Origin: Macrostomum lignano
Lineage: Eukaryota
DNA length: 64,000 nt
Assembly (NCBI GenBank): GCA_002269645.1
Contig: NIVC01003754.1
Location: forward strand, 1-64,000
Direction of reading: 5' to 3'
In this document: positions 25,633 to 38,213 of the stretch, one piece after another
Position numbering within the stretch: the first letter of the stretch is position 1
Layout: every line of letters starts with the position of its first letter
Program-made: the position numbers and the translations under genes
The notes under the pieces: generated by a model
Told to the model about the DNA's origin: nothing
Seen by the model: only the letters and a program-made list of their open reading frames with translations
Databases searched by the model: none

Positions 25633-27912
25633 TGTGGCATTTTCTGAAAAAATGGGCTGATAGGCCTAGTGATAGTGATAAGATAGGGCCTACCAACAAG
25701 TTAAAAGACAGGAAAATCTTTGATTAGGCCTATAGGCCTATATAATTAAATAACTAATAAGTATTTTACTTAAGTTATTAACTATCTGTAAAATAATGCG
25801 ATATACATAAATGATTAAAAATCTATGAAACAGTCAATCCGGGTGCGACCACATGTACATCATGTATTTGCAATTTATCTGGACTGCATTCATAATTCTA
25901 AATTCATAATTCAAAATAATTCTATTGCATTCATGCAGTTAACGGCGCATACGATATAGGATATAGCAAAAACCTTATAGATAGAGTCGAACCTTACAAC
26001 TAGTATTACATGTATCACTCAGATTCTGGTCCGTTGAGGAGGTCTGTTGCGGTCCCGTTGCGGTCCCTTTGCGGTCCATTGCGGTGTTTACACGGACCCG
26101 TAATTGGGCCTTTTCATAGGGTGCGTTCGAGTGGCTTAAAATAAGTTAAAATGACTTAAAATGAGTTGGGTCTGTATAAAACCAGGGCACCATTGGCACA
26201 TTGGACACCCCTTATATTAACAAAAATCGAGTTTTGATCATTGTTTTGCTTGTATAAATAAACTTTGTCTTCGGATGAAAATGTAAACATTTATTTATAA
26301 TTGCACTTTTTCATATACTTTTAACAACCATGAGATTGGTAGTATCAACAAGTTTTATTCTACATTTAAATTCATTTCTTATCTTGCTTTATTGTCGAAC
26401 TACTTTTGGTACGTCATTTTCATTTACCTAGGTGGTGCACTTACAGAAAACATAGAAACATTAAATGCCGTTTCTTGTCCGCATTAAACGTTGGAAAAAG
26501 TGAGCAGCAGACTAGTTGCAGAATTTTATAGCCGGACATGGCATATTTGACTATTTGCAGCTGCTCTTGCTTGTTTACTGCCTTTCCATAAATCAACAGC
26601 AATGGTGAATGTGAATGTAATCCTTCTCTCTCTCTCTCCCATAATGTTAATGTTTGATTTGTTGTTAATATGGACTTTTAAAATCCCCCGTGTCTTAAAT
26701 AAAAAACGAATAATTTTTTAAGTTATGATTTCCATCAAAGTGCAATTAATTAATGTTTTAAAAACATTTAAACTCAATAAATTATTTATTCTCTTATCAA
26801 ATAGAATCCAACTCTAGAATCTTTTTCAAGGAAGGAATACTAACTATCCTTAATATTCAATACGCATGATAATAAAGCAGTGCATTACTTTATCAATTTA
26901 GAGAATCTAACAAGGAAATAAATACAATTTAGTACAGTACCATTGTAAGCAAAAAACCATAAATTTACAGGTACAATTTTTTGTAAAGATAGATACAGCT
27001 GAAAAATTAAAATTTGACAAAAGAATACCAAAAACACTAAAAATGGGGAGAAAAAGTATAACAAACATTGGCATTAATAAAAAAGTAATAAATATTGCAC
27101 CTGAGCAATGAGCAAATGAAATTAGCAATTAAACAATGCAATGAATTAAATGATAAATAACAAAGAAATGCTAAATAACATCTAGCAATGTATATTAAAG
27201 CAATTGAAGTGCACTCTGAGTTGAAAGGCTTACAACTCATAAAGTACAGTTTAAATGCAATGTAATTTTTTATTCATTTGTAACTTTATAACAATAAAAA
27301 TCATTACCATAAGCAATTGTATGAAAAGTTGCTATTAATAGTCTTATGTACTTTATCTCTACTCTAAGAGCTAACTTTCTATAAATATATATGATTCCTT
27401 GTATAAAACTAGGGATTCTTTTAAAAATTCATGCTGCAATATGCATATATCACACTCTTGACCCAAGAAAATTATTGAAAGTGGTCAACCAATTAGCACA
27501 AAGAAATTATAGACAGGGCTGTAATGGTGCGAGTGGTGTTTCGACACATCAAGTGAACTTTGTCACTCAAAAAAAATTGCACAGGTTTGTATTGTTATAC
27601 ATGGGAAAGGGGGTCATTAGGCTAGAAATTGACTGCTACAACTCCCCCTGCTTCATGAAGGTTATGGCCTTCTTGGGTCTGTTGTTGTATTAGCCTACTA
27701 ACAGGCTACAAGAAAAAGCATCCTCTAATAACTATATGAGCAACTTCTCCTAGTTCTTAGTGTCCCTGGCTGTTGGCTTAAAATAAAAAATGGACGCGCA
27801 AACTGTGGTGACTTCAATTAAAAAATTCTAGCTCTGTGCAGATTTAGCACAAAGTTAAAACTCTGCATGTAAGCTTTGAATGTTATTCTTCAATGTTGCT
27901 TGAGCTGCACAA

Positions 27913-29800
27913 CTAAGGTTCCCTGGATTCACTAGATGCATACATCACAATGACAGAGTCTCGCGACAGAGAATCCAAGGGAATCCCCACTGGGATGAAG
28001 CAAACATGGAAGTCGTCTACTTCGTACACAGTACCGTTTGATGCGAATGTGTAGCAGATGTAGTGCCCCTTGTTGGCCACTTCACTGCGATGCACAACGA
28101 CAGCTTTTAATCTAATCAGCTGCTTTTTTCAGTAACTAGTAGCAATTTAGCTTTTTAAACTTACGGGAGCCAAATCGTTGCCAAGATTTTCAGGTCCTGG
28201 TGCTGCCGCTTCAAATGATGTCATTTGGCTGAAGAATTTAAAGTTTTTTTACGTTTTTGAAGTTTTTGTCTCATTTATTTCTTCATTATCTCTACCTATA
28301 AAAATCAAAACTCTATGTGTCTGTCTGTGTGTGTACAATTTTGATTGCTATGGACTCCCAAACCACTCAACCAAATGACACCAAATTTTGCACCTACCCT
28401 AAACTCACTATGGAGAATGTCTTAGGCTACCTTTAAATTTCCTAAAAGTTTTATAAAAAAATTCTACTTTCCTGTGGAGAAAACCTTGCAAGACAGCGAA
28501 GAAAATGTGGCAGATGGAGATTGGCATTAGGAGGGAAGAATTTTAATCAGATGTTTTCCATCTATAGATAATAAAATGTAGTATTTTTCAAAATCTTACC
28601 AAAAGTGGACATACCCACTATATGGATCTAGCTCTTTGCAACAATGTATGAGTTCATACTAATATTCATATATTTCTATACATGTAGATTGTGAACTCTT
28701 GATTTCTTTTAAGACTATGCTGCCTCTAGAATGGAAACTAATAGAACTAGAATAGATACCTTTGTATTAAATAATTCTCAACTTGGGCAAACAGATTATA
28801 TAAAAATGAAAAGCAATGCACAATTTAAATTTTTGGAGCAGTTACACTAAAGAAAATTATTATTTTATAAAATTAAGAGAGGCTAATAAAATTAGTAGGG
28901 CTTGAATTGAATAATATGCTGTGAAGACTCAAACTTGTAAGCCAAGAAGGCTAGAATTAGGGTTAGCAATTAGGCAATTAGGCAAACTATAGACATTAAG
29001 GAATGTGTAGGTATTAAATAAATAAATCATGTAGGTGCTGATAGTAGCTTAAAACCTATCACTTGGTCCCTTAGAATGCCATAATTTTGGACATTAGAAT
29101 TAAAAAATAGTGTTTTACTGATTGGGCACTTGTTCTTATTGGAAAATTTCTCATAAATATAGAAATATTAATATAAACAATACTAATAAATTTGCCTATT
29201 AAAACTTTGTGGCATTTACAAGTAGGATTTTAGAATAATGAAGTATACCCTGCAACATACGTGCAGAATATTTATGTGCTAAAGGATTTAGGTCTGAAAT
29301 AAATAATGACAATAAATGTTATGTGAAGATGGTTTATATGTTGTTTATTCAAAGCATCACATATAACTTTTCAGTAAAAAGACTTCCTGGTCTGTAAGGT
29401 AGATTTTTTACTTATATGCTTGCATTTTTTACCTCATAATTTAAATGAGTAGGACAATTTCTTAAATATCATGACTTGGCAAATTATTCATAATATTAAA
29501 GGTTTTCTTAAAATAAAAAGGATTGTATATAAAGAAGAGACTGTAATTTGAACTCTCACTGAGTAGCTATTCCTTTTTTGTTGGTTGAAATCATACAAAA
29601 AGTAATTGAACTAATAAAAGAATAAGCTTGGAAATTATTTATTTAATCATCATCTTACAAAGTAAAAAAAAACTTTTTGGGTGCAATTTTTTCATCAAAT
29701 AATCTGCCAATGTATTAACTTTTTTAATATAGAAATACTTGCAATTTGGAATATCCAAAGTTCGTTCTTCATGAAGTAATCCTAACAGAATAAGTTGTGG
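27913..29800 (-). pseudogene. Ubiquitin-specific-protease (peptidase C19)-like C-terminal fragment inside element X
   Basis: 28111-27913 encodes LKAVVVHRSEVANKGHYICYTFASNGTVYEVDDFHV..DSVIVMYAS, a His-box-like pattern (VVVH..GHY..Y..DD..V..Y). An upstream segment ALIKKPQLILLGLL..LDIPNCK joins in phase 2 if 29738-28112 is removed as a GT-AG intron; the acceptor has a weak pyrimidine tract. No Cys box was found. Confidence 0.55.
28289..28455 (+). mobile_element. Helitron-like 5' end, copy 1
   Basis: A|TC start, tctctacctataaaaatcaaaactct, a (tg/tc) microsatellite, then tatggactcccaaacc..aatgacaccaaa, shared with 34146. The 3' end was not identified. Confidence 0.5.
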
Positions 29801-30019
29801 TTTTTTTATAAGAGCAGAATGCTTCATTTTATGGAAAATTGAGTTCTGACTATTAGTTTGATCATTTTTGCGCATATTTAGCATTAAATCGGTACGCCTG
29901 TAGTACAGAACCTTCGGGGTAGTAAAATCACAGTGTAATAGCATTGCAAGCTGCAGTTTTTGCATGTGCGATTATTTTAAAAAATCGAATGCCAAATTAA
30001 ACATGTACAAAAAATGATA

Positions 30020-31716
30020 GGGTGCGTTCGAGTGACTTAAAATGACTTAAACTGCCATTTTAACGTCCTTAGTAAAACAAATGTTAAGCAGACTAAATGT
30101 AAAAATAATCTAGGTAAATGATAGTCAAATTACAATTAAGAATTAATTCAATTTCTAAAACCGGTCTAAGAATAAAAAACGTCACCTATACTTCTTCCAA
30201 CTCAACCTGAACGCCTAGGCACCGTTTTAACTTCGCTCGCAATTACCACATTTATCGTAATTGAATATTTTGTATTCTTCACCTTTGTTCTATCATTTGC
30301 TTTCACGTCTTTTTGCTCAGTTCGCTGCCCGTCATAATAGTCTTTGAATAATTGCTTAGTACTAATATTGTTTATTTATTAATTGTTATTACGTAGTAGT
30401 TTATTTGGACTTGGAATATAGTCACTATTTCAGCTTGGTTCTTAACCAAAGTGAATAATTCCTTGGTATTACAATAGCTACGGAATAAATAGAAAGACAA
30501 AACTATAACATGAAGTTCACTCAGATACTATATTGAAGAATAAGAACCAAGCTGAAAAAGTACAAAACTCCAATAGAAAAATAATAACAGTAGCAACAAT
30601 AATAGTGACTATATTCCAAGTCCAAATAAACTACTATGTAATAACAATTAATAAATAAACAATATTAGTACTAAGCAATTATTCAAAGACTATAATGACG
30701 GGCAGCGAACTGAGCAAAAGGACGTGAAAGCAAATGATAGAACAAAGGTGAAGAATACAAAATATTCAATTACGATTAAAGTGGTAACAAGGACGACTTA
30801 AGTAGAAGGACGGGAAACCTCGTTTCTTAGAAAATTTTTGAAGGCACTCTTTCCCGAAAAAATACACTGCGGAGATAGGAAATTTTCATTTTTTCAGCAC
30901 AAAAATTGCTATAACTTTTGATAGGAGGCAGATCCAGTGTTGATCTTTTGATATGTTGTGCCTTTTTTATTGCTCTATCGATATTTATAAAGCTTTTCGT
31001 TCAGAAAATTAGGATTCCATGTTAATTTTTTATTCTACGTATATTTCCTGTATCTAAAAATCACAAAAATGCATGACACAGCTCTAATATTTGGTTTTAT
31101 GAATCTATTTTATCATCTATGTTACGACTATTTGCTATACAGTCAGGTAAGAAGGATAAAATAGACTCATAAAATCAAAGAGCCAAGCCGTGGCATTCTA
31201 ATGTATTTCAAGCACAAGACACATGAAAATATACGTAGAATAAAAAATTAACATAGAATCCTAATTTTCTGAACGGAAAGCTTTATAAATATCGATAGAG
31301 CAATAAAAAAGGCACAACATATCAAAAGATCAACACTGGATCTGCCTCCTATCAAAAGTTATAGCAATTTTTGTGCTGAAAAAATGAAAATTTCCTATCT
31401 CCGCAGTGTATTTTTTCGGGAAAGAGTGCCTTCAAAAATTTTCTAAGAAACGAGGTTTCCCGTCCTTCTACTTAAGTCGTCCTTGTGTGGTAATTGCGAG
31501 CGAAGTTAAAACGGTGCCTAGGCGTTCAGGTTGAGTTGGAAGAAGTATAGGTGACGTTTTTTAATCTTAGACCGGTTTTAGAAATTGAATTAATTCTTAA
31601 TTGTAATTTGACTATCATTTACCTAGATTATTTTTACATTTAGTCTGCTTAACATTTGTTTTACTAAGGACGTTAAAATGGCAGTTTAAGTCATTTTAAG
31701 TCACTCGAACGCACCC
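30020..31716. mobile_element. Foldback element B2 (same termini and ATA TSD as B1)
   Basis: The left arm 30020-about 30430 pairs with 30601-30787 plus 31486-31716. ATA lies at 30017-19 and 31717-19. Confidence 0.9.
30788..31485. mobile_element. Foldback MITE of family C, copy 2 (698 bp, ~250-bp TIRs, 8-bp TSD, hAT-like)
   Basis: caaggacgacttaagtagaaggacggg / cccgtccttctacttaagtcgtccttg. TSD agtggtaa / tgtggtaa; the intact opposite arm of B2 shows tgtggtaa. Confidence 0.88.
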
Positions 31717-32226
31717 ATAATACAAAGAATATTTAACAAATCATCTATCACGAAAGCAAGGATGTCATTTCTATTATAATCATTTAAAAAAAATTTTCAA
31801 GTAACTCCGCAAGTTTATTCTGCATTTTCATATCTGTATAATTTTGTTATAAAAAGGGGTGTCCAATGTGTCCAATGTGCCAGTGCCAGCTTTTATACAG
31901 ACCCAAATGAGTTTAAGCGCCATTTTAACGTCCTCAGTAAAACAAAACAAATGACAAGATTTCATTTTAAAAAACCGGTAAGTATTCATACACAATGTTT
32001 TAAGGGTTGTAAAAACCTAGTTTAAAATTTTAAATGGGTAGATAGTCAGTCTAAACCTGTTTTCTACATTTTGAGACGGTAATTTATAACAAATCGTTAA
32101 GTGAGAAATACTTGTCAATGCTGTTTCAGTAAATTGCTTTCTACTAGTGTTATTCTTTTAGTGTGAATATTTATTATAACAGTAGTAAATATCATTTTAA
32201 ATTACTTTACTGATAGGTATAATTAG

Positions 32227-32487
32227 GGGCCTTTTCATATTGCTTGTTCTGGTTCTAGAACCAGAACCAATTTGTGAAGTATAACTTTTAGTCTCCATAA
32301 CTAGAGGGAGATACGTGCTATAAAGTTTTTATTATTAAATGACAATCACCAAGAAGAAAGTGAAAAATTGTGCTAAGTGAGGTTGTTAAGGCAGTCAAAT
32401 ATTAAACAGTGTTTAATAGTTATACTGCTGTTTTTCTTGGAATTCCGAACCGATTCTGGTTCTGGAATTGGTAATATGAAAAGGCCC
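32227..32487. mobile_element. MITE-A, uninterrupted copy (opposite orientation)
   Basis: gggccttttcatatt / aatatgaaaaggccc termini; the interior is the reverse complement of about 33891-34140. Confidence 0.85.
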
Positions 32488-34145
32488 CAAGTCTAGCTGG
32501 CAGTGCATTCTTCGAGCACGCGTGGTGCCCGAAAGAATAGCGATTAAATTATATCCGCGCTTTCTAGTTTCTAATTATAAGTATCCACTGATTTAATAAT
32601 GTATAAATTGGAAGCAGCTTTACATGTAATTATGTATAGTAGCTGGCATGGTAAAGCTGTCTTATATCGCTTCTTTTGACTTATGCCAGATATGTTTACA
32701 CAAGGCAGCAACTGAATATTTTCAGTAAAAGGCAAAATACGAGTTGCGAGTCTATGTGATAAATAAATATACCTGGCTTTTGCATCAACTTCTAGTCCCC
32801 ATGCATGAATCTACTCTTTTGTTCTGTTGATGGTTCTCTGAATTATTTACTAATGATGATAATGTGCCTTATTATTCCATATTCCTTTGTTTTTTAAATC
32901 ATTATTAACCCTCCTCTCAACCCAAACAGCCAAACTGTCATTCTTAATTTTTACTGCTTTTAATTTCTACTTTTACTTATTAACTCGTAAATATAATCGA
33001 TACTATGTACACACTGCTAAAATTAGTAGTGTAAAAATCCACCAAAAATTAATTTCTAAGTCCATTTTAATCAAATACACATTGTAGAAGATTATTTACA
33101 TGACTTTTTCTTACTGTGATTGCAAGATGTGCTGAAAGGATGCTTTTTATTTTCATTTTTTCTTATATAATCGCCTGGGCCTAGCTGGCTTCCTACAGCT
33201 AGAGTTGTAACTTTACTGGGTATGGGGGCACACCAAAGTACTTTTGACGTTTGTACTTTATTTTTCAACTCAATAGCTAAGCAGATGGAGGCGTGAAGAG
33301 TGTTAAATTTTTTTAGCTGGAGAATGGCAAGGTGTATAGTGATAAAATACAGAATGAAAACGTGTCTTCCAGTTTATTCCAGTAGTCGAGTTTCATTTAC
33401 TTGTACCATATAAGAAAGCATCAATTAGCGAGTAGAGACCCAAGCATCTGATCTATACTTATATTTGCAATCAATGATCGTGTAGGTTGAGAAAAAATTA
33501 ACTGCTGTGTTTTAATGTCCACGTGGACTTCATCACACCTATCGATAAAGTAATTTAAACTGATATTTACTATTGTTATAATGAATATTCACACTAAAAG
33601 AATAACACTAGTAGAAAGCAATTTACTGAAGCAGCATTGACAAATATTTCTCACTTAACGATTTGTTATAAATTACCGTCTCAAAATGTAGAAAACAGGT
33701 TTAGACTGACTATCTACCCATTTAAAATTTTAAACTAGGTTTTTATAACTCTTAAAACATTGTGTATGAATACTTACCGGTTTTTTAAAATGAAATCTTG
33801 TCATTTGTTTTGTTTTACTGAGGACGTTAAAATGGCGCTTAAACTCATTTTAAGTCATTTTAACTTTTTTTAAGCCACTCGAACGCACCCATATTACCAA
33901 TTCCAGAACCAGAATCGGTTTGGAATTCCAAGAAAAACAGCAGTATAACTATTTAACTCTGTTAATATTTGACTGCCTTAACAACCTCACTTAGCACAAT
34001 TTTTAACATTCTTTTTGGCGATTGTCATTCAATAATAAAAACTTTATAGCACGTATCTCCCTTTAGTTATGGAGACAAAAAGTTATACTTCACAAATTGG
34101 TTCTAGTTCTGGAACCAGAACAAGCAATATGAAAAGGCCCATTGA

Positions 34146-34685
34146 TCTCTACATATAAAAATCAAAACTCTGTCTGTGTGTGTGTCTGTGTACAAATTTG
34201 ATCGCTATGGACTCCCAAACCGCTCAAACAAATGACACCAAACTTTACACCCACCCTAAACTTACTACGGAGAATGTCTTAGGCTACCTTTTAATTTCCT
34301 AAATTTGAGTCTTCCTACCTAAAAGTACAAAAAACTGCTCAAAATGCGCGATTTTTTCACTAAATCCTCCATAGCGCCGCTCCACTTCTACCGATTCTCT
34401 TTAAATTTGACACAGATAATCTTTAACTATTTTGGCACAATCATGTAAAATTTCGAGTCTCAAAGTTAATCCTGAGCGGTGCTGTGCACTTTTAAAGTTA
34501 GGCTGTTTTTTTCAGCGTAGCAACCACCCCAACCTCCGCCCGCCTGCCTCTCTTTCCCGATACCGATCTGAGCCCAGATGTGTAAATTGGTTTCAAAATT
34601 GACTAGCTTTCAGCTGCCATAAGTTTGCTCCACGTAAAGCGATTGACTTTAAACTTGACACAATTCTTCATTGACTCATTCTCTA
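34146..34685 (+). mobile_element. Helitron-like element, copy 2, interrupted by the CACTA-like element
   Basis: A|TC start, tctctacatataaaaatcaaaactctgtctgtgtgtgtg, homologous to 28289 for about 165 bp. Confidence 0.5.
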
Positions 34686-35115
34686 CCCAGTAAAAAAGGG
34701 TAGTCGGAATCCGATCGGAATGTCCGGTCGGAATTTGTCAGCAAAGTGGCTCGTGCAATCCGATCGTTTTCTGGTCGGAGTTTTCCGATCGGAATTTGAC
34801 GCTAAAATCCGACTAAAATACGATTGTTGTATTTTTGAGAATTTTTTCCATAATTATAACCCTTTTTGGAATCTTGATCCGTCTAGCTTGTAAAACTGTT
34901 ACAAATTTAATGCAAGTTCTCAATGAAACGGACTTTATCGGCTTGAGTAGTTCAAAATCAGAACTGCAAAACAAAATATATATGAAAAACGTGCACATGT
35001 ATTTTGGTATAGGCCGCATCACGTCTGAAGCATATAAAATGGAAATTAGAAAATCTAGCTACGAGCTAGACTTTTGCGGTGAGCCAACCGGCTGCATAAT
35101 CGATTACTGCACATA

Positions 35116-37895
35116 TCACCCGGAGTCATCGGAGGATACATCAGAGGAGGCGGCAGAGGCGCCACCTCGGCTATTCCGTTGTCGTGGTCGCTTCCCCACA
35201 CTGGCACTCTCCACGACTGTTGGTCCGGACCTCTTGCGCTTTCGGACGCCGTCAAAGAAGCTCTGGATGGCTTTGTTGATAGAATCCAGAGAGAACTTGG
35301 AGGATAGGGCCCCTGCAAAGAGTAATTAAGAGTTAATGGCATGATCAGCAGACAAGTTGAACACCCGCAATGTCATTAGAAAAATAAGGAAGTAAAAAAT
35401 AAAGACAAATAATCGTGTACACCATATTTTAGATAGTCTGACAAGGTAAGAGAAAAACCTAATTTACGTTCTTTAGAAATTGGTAATTGGAGTACACTAT
35501 AAAGGATAAAAAACAAATAACACATACCCTTGAAGATCTCGCCAAAGTACTGATCAAAAGATAGTTTGACGTTCTCCTTGTCAGCCCTTCTAGAATCCTT
35601 TCCCCCAGTCCTATTGAACCGGACCTGGAGATCCCGCGCGATAAGCTCATCCATCGCGTAGCGAACAGATTGCTGCACCTTTGCAGTAACGCACCGCGTC
35701 TGAATCTGCGTTGTCTGGAACAGAAGCACAAGCCATTGATGAGATAATCAACGTGCATGCACTTAAATTTCGACAGAATAAACTTTCAGAAAATTAAAAC
35801 GTCTATCGACAACAGCCCAAAGTTAATAGCGGGAGATTTTTATAGCTCCCTAATATTTCTGGAACCACTTGCGCAACCAAAACTAAACTGGGTCAGCGGA
35901 GCTTACAAGCCATGCAATCGATACTCAGGTCTGTATTTAACTTACTAGAGCCTTTTTCAGATCCTCGTTGGCGCCGATGCAGCTCTTAAACTGTTCCAAA
36001 TCTTGAATCGTTCGAATTGGAAGGTTGACCGGCAGCAGATTAGCTGCGGGTGTGCTCAGAACTGCGTTCGTCCCGCGCTGCAGTGCATCCCTGATCTTCA
36101 GCGTCTCCCTCAAATTCAGCAGTTGAAGACAATACAGACCTAAACGGGGAAATTAAGAAAACAATAAGCCATAGAAAAATAACAGAAATATAAAAAGCAT
36201 AGCTAGCTATTTTTTTCTTAGAAAGAATGGATATACAACAGGAACATATCGATTACCTTCAAGCGATCCCCAAGAGTAGCCTCTAGACTCAACCTGCCTC
36301 TTGACGAACGCCTCCAGCTGAGGCATAGCTGAAAACGCTCCCTGCGAAAAAATTTTTATGGATTGTCGGCAAATATTTTTACAAACTTGCATTTTTATAT
36401 ACTATAAAGCCTATACCGGAAAATTTTCTGTTTTCCCATACAAGTTTCAACGCTGACTTGCCAATATTTTAGGAGTTATCGAACACAGACAAAATAAAAC
36501 AACACGTCAGTTTTAGTAAATTTAGATAAAGTAAATAAAAACACTTATGTATCTTTTTTCCTGCTAACTGTCCCTCTCATGCACTCTACATACACTTTCT
36601 AGCTTTCGATCTCCCTGCTCCTAATGGTCTTCCTCTCCACACTCCGCATTTTCATTTTATCTTCTCTCTTCCCTGTATTTTTATCTCCCCTCTTGCAATT
36701 CGTATTCAATTTTTATTTCTTTAAAGCGGTTCTGCAACAAATTGTGAATATATTAATTCTTTTCTCGTTGTAAAATCTCAATTCCAAATATTTTACTAAC
36801 CACTGGTGGAGGTCGCGGGCCATCTCCATGCGGGGTTGTAAGAATAGCACTATAATTGATGGCATCATCAACGCCGTTCTGGGTGGTGGCTGGAGCGGTG
36901 CCAACTGCTTGAAGCTGGCAATGCGGTGTCTCTGGCGTTGAATCGGCGATCTGTCTCTGGTTGGATAAAGCCCGTTGGTTTTGGACGGTGCTCGCCGAGC
37001 TCTACAATAGAACAGTAGAATAGACAGGGACTCGTGCACAAGCTTGAGACAGACAGTGTTATAACGACAAAAACAAACTGAAACTGTAAAATTCTGTAAA
37101 AGAAGGAAACGAGACTTCAGGAATAGTTTTTATTGGCAACCAATGACATTTTCTATAGCAGCTTAAACAGCATTCAACTTAAACTTCTATATTATGGTTT
37201 ATTACTAGAATACATGATACCAAAGAAAATGCGTGTTCGTTAAAGTCATAAAAAGTTACCTTAGCAACAGTCGTGGTGTCGCAGGCACGTAATGAAAATG
37301 GCAGCACCGGGAGCTGGACGTCTTGCGAAGGCGCAGCCGCAGGAGAGCTGACTTGGAGGCTTTTATCTGCATCCGTTTCGTGTCTTCGAGGGCGGGTATC
37401 CTAGAGTAAAAAGTACAGTGATATTTTTCACGTTACTAGACTTTGCTGGTAATGGTTTGTTAGTAATTGTTCAGGAAAATTAAGTTGTTACTCGATTATG
37501 ACGAAAATTTCTACTTCATATCTTACGCTCTCATCCTCCGTTGCTTCATCGGCTGTCCAAAGGTTGCCCAAAGGTGGAAGAGACTGCCGACCAGCTGTCC
37601 GCACACGATTGGGTAGCACGTGCATCAGAAGCTCCCTGTGACGATATTTCTTCTCCCGAATGACAGTGCGAAGCATCTTAATGCAGTCTGCAGTGTCGCA
37701 CTCATGTGGAACAATCTGCAGAACCACTGCATCTTCAAGACGCTCACAGTGGGCCACCTGGATATGAACTTCAGCTGATGATGGTAGCTGTGCCCACTGC
37801 TCCACTGTCCAAGAGGCATAGTCACCCATAATACATTGTTCCTCACAGGCTTCAATGACTTGCTTGTTGCTAAGAAGATAAATTATGTACTTCAT
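35116..37895 (-). CDS. 7-exon accessory gene of the CACTA-like element, 457 aa, C-terminal DUF4806/BEN-like domain
   Basis: Exons 37895-37527, 37400-37260, 37001-36801, 36341-36257, 36139-35946, 35714-35528 and 35312-35116. All introns are GT-AG with matching phases (0,0,0,1,0,1). The total is 1374 nt with no internal stop. The C-terminus LPIRTIQDLEQFK..VRYAMDELIARDLQVRFNRTGG..INKAIQSFFDGVRKRKR resembles DUF4806 by eye. Confidence 0.8.
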
Positions 37896-38213
37896 TTTTT
37901 GTGAGCATGAGCAAAATATTTTAGTTAAGCTCAGGTTAATGAGGATACCTACCTATATTATAACTATATTATATAGGATATAGATTTAATATAAATCTAA
38001 AAAAATATTATTCTAAGCACTTTGGCCAACTGATTACTTGTCAAAATATTCCCTAAACTTATTGTACATTTACTTATGAAATATAAGTAAGGTATTAAAT
38101 AGTTAAGCCTAAAAGTTTTTTCAGGCAAATATTTTCACTATATGCTACCATACAGAAAAGTGCCGGCTTCATTGCTTATTATTTTTTGCTAGCATGCCCC
38201 AGAGAAGACTACA

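Larger units (their letters stand above)
26168..31904. mobile_element. 5.7-kb element X with 9-bp TSD (MuDR/MULE-like, no transposase recognised)
   Basis: TIR gggtctgtataaaa / ttttatacagaccc with an imperfect extension (cacattggacacccc). Perfect 9-bp TSD aaatgagtt (26159-67, 31905-13). Confidence 0.85.
26119..33890. mobile_element. Non-autonomous TIR element B1 (gggtgcgttcgag termini, 3-bp ATA TSD; PIF/Harbinger-like)
   Basis: Termini gggtgcgttcgagtggcttaaaa and ttaagccactcgaacgcaccc, with ATA on both flanks. The left arm (26119-26167 + 31914-about 32200) matches the right arm (about 33560-33890) over roughly 330 bp. Confidence 0.85.
26106..34140. mobile_element. MITE-A (about 260 bp when empty; TIR gggccttttcatatt) split by a 7.8-kb nested insertion
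   Basis: The left end gggccttttcATA (26106-18) resumes as ATAttaccaattccagaacc (33891-) and ends tatgaaaaggccc (34140). 3-bp TSD att/att. An uninterrupted copy lies at 32227-32487. Confidence 0.85.

Noticed and set aside
36713-37039. ORF-track translation MHESLS...
   Set aside because: The splice phases place the real exon (37001-36801) in a different reading frame.
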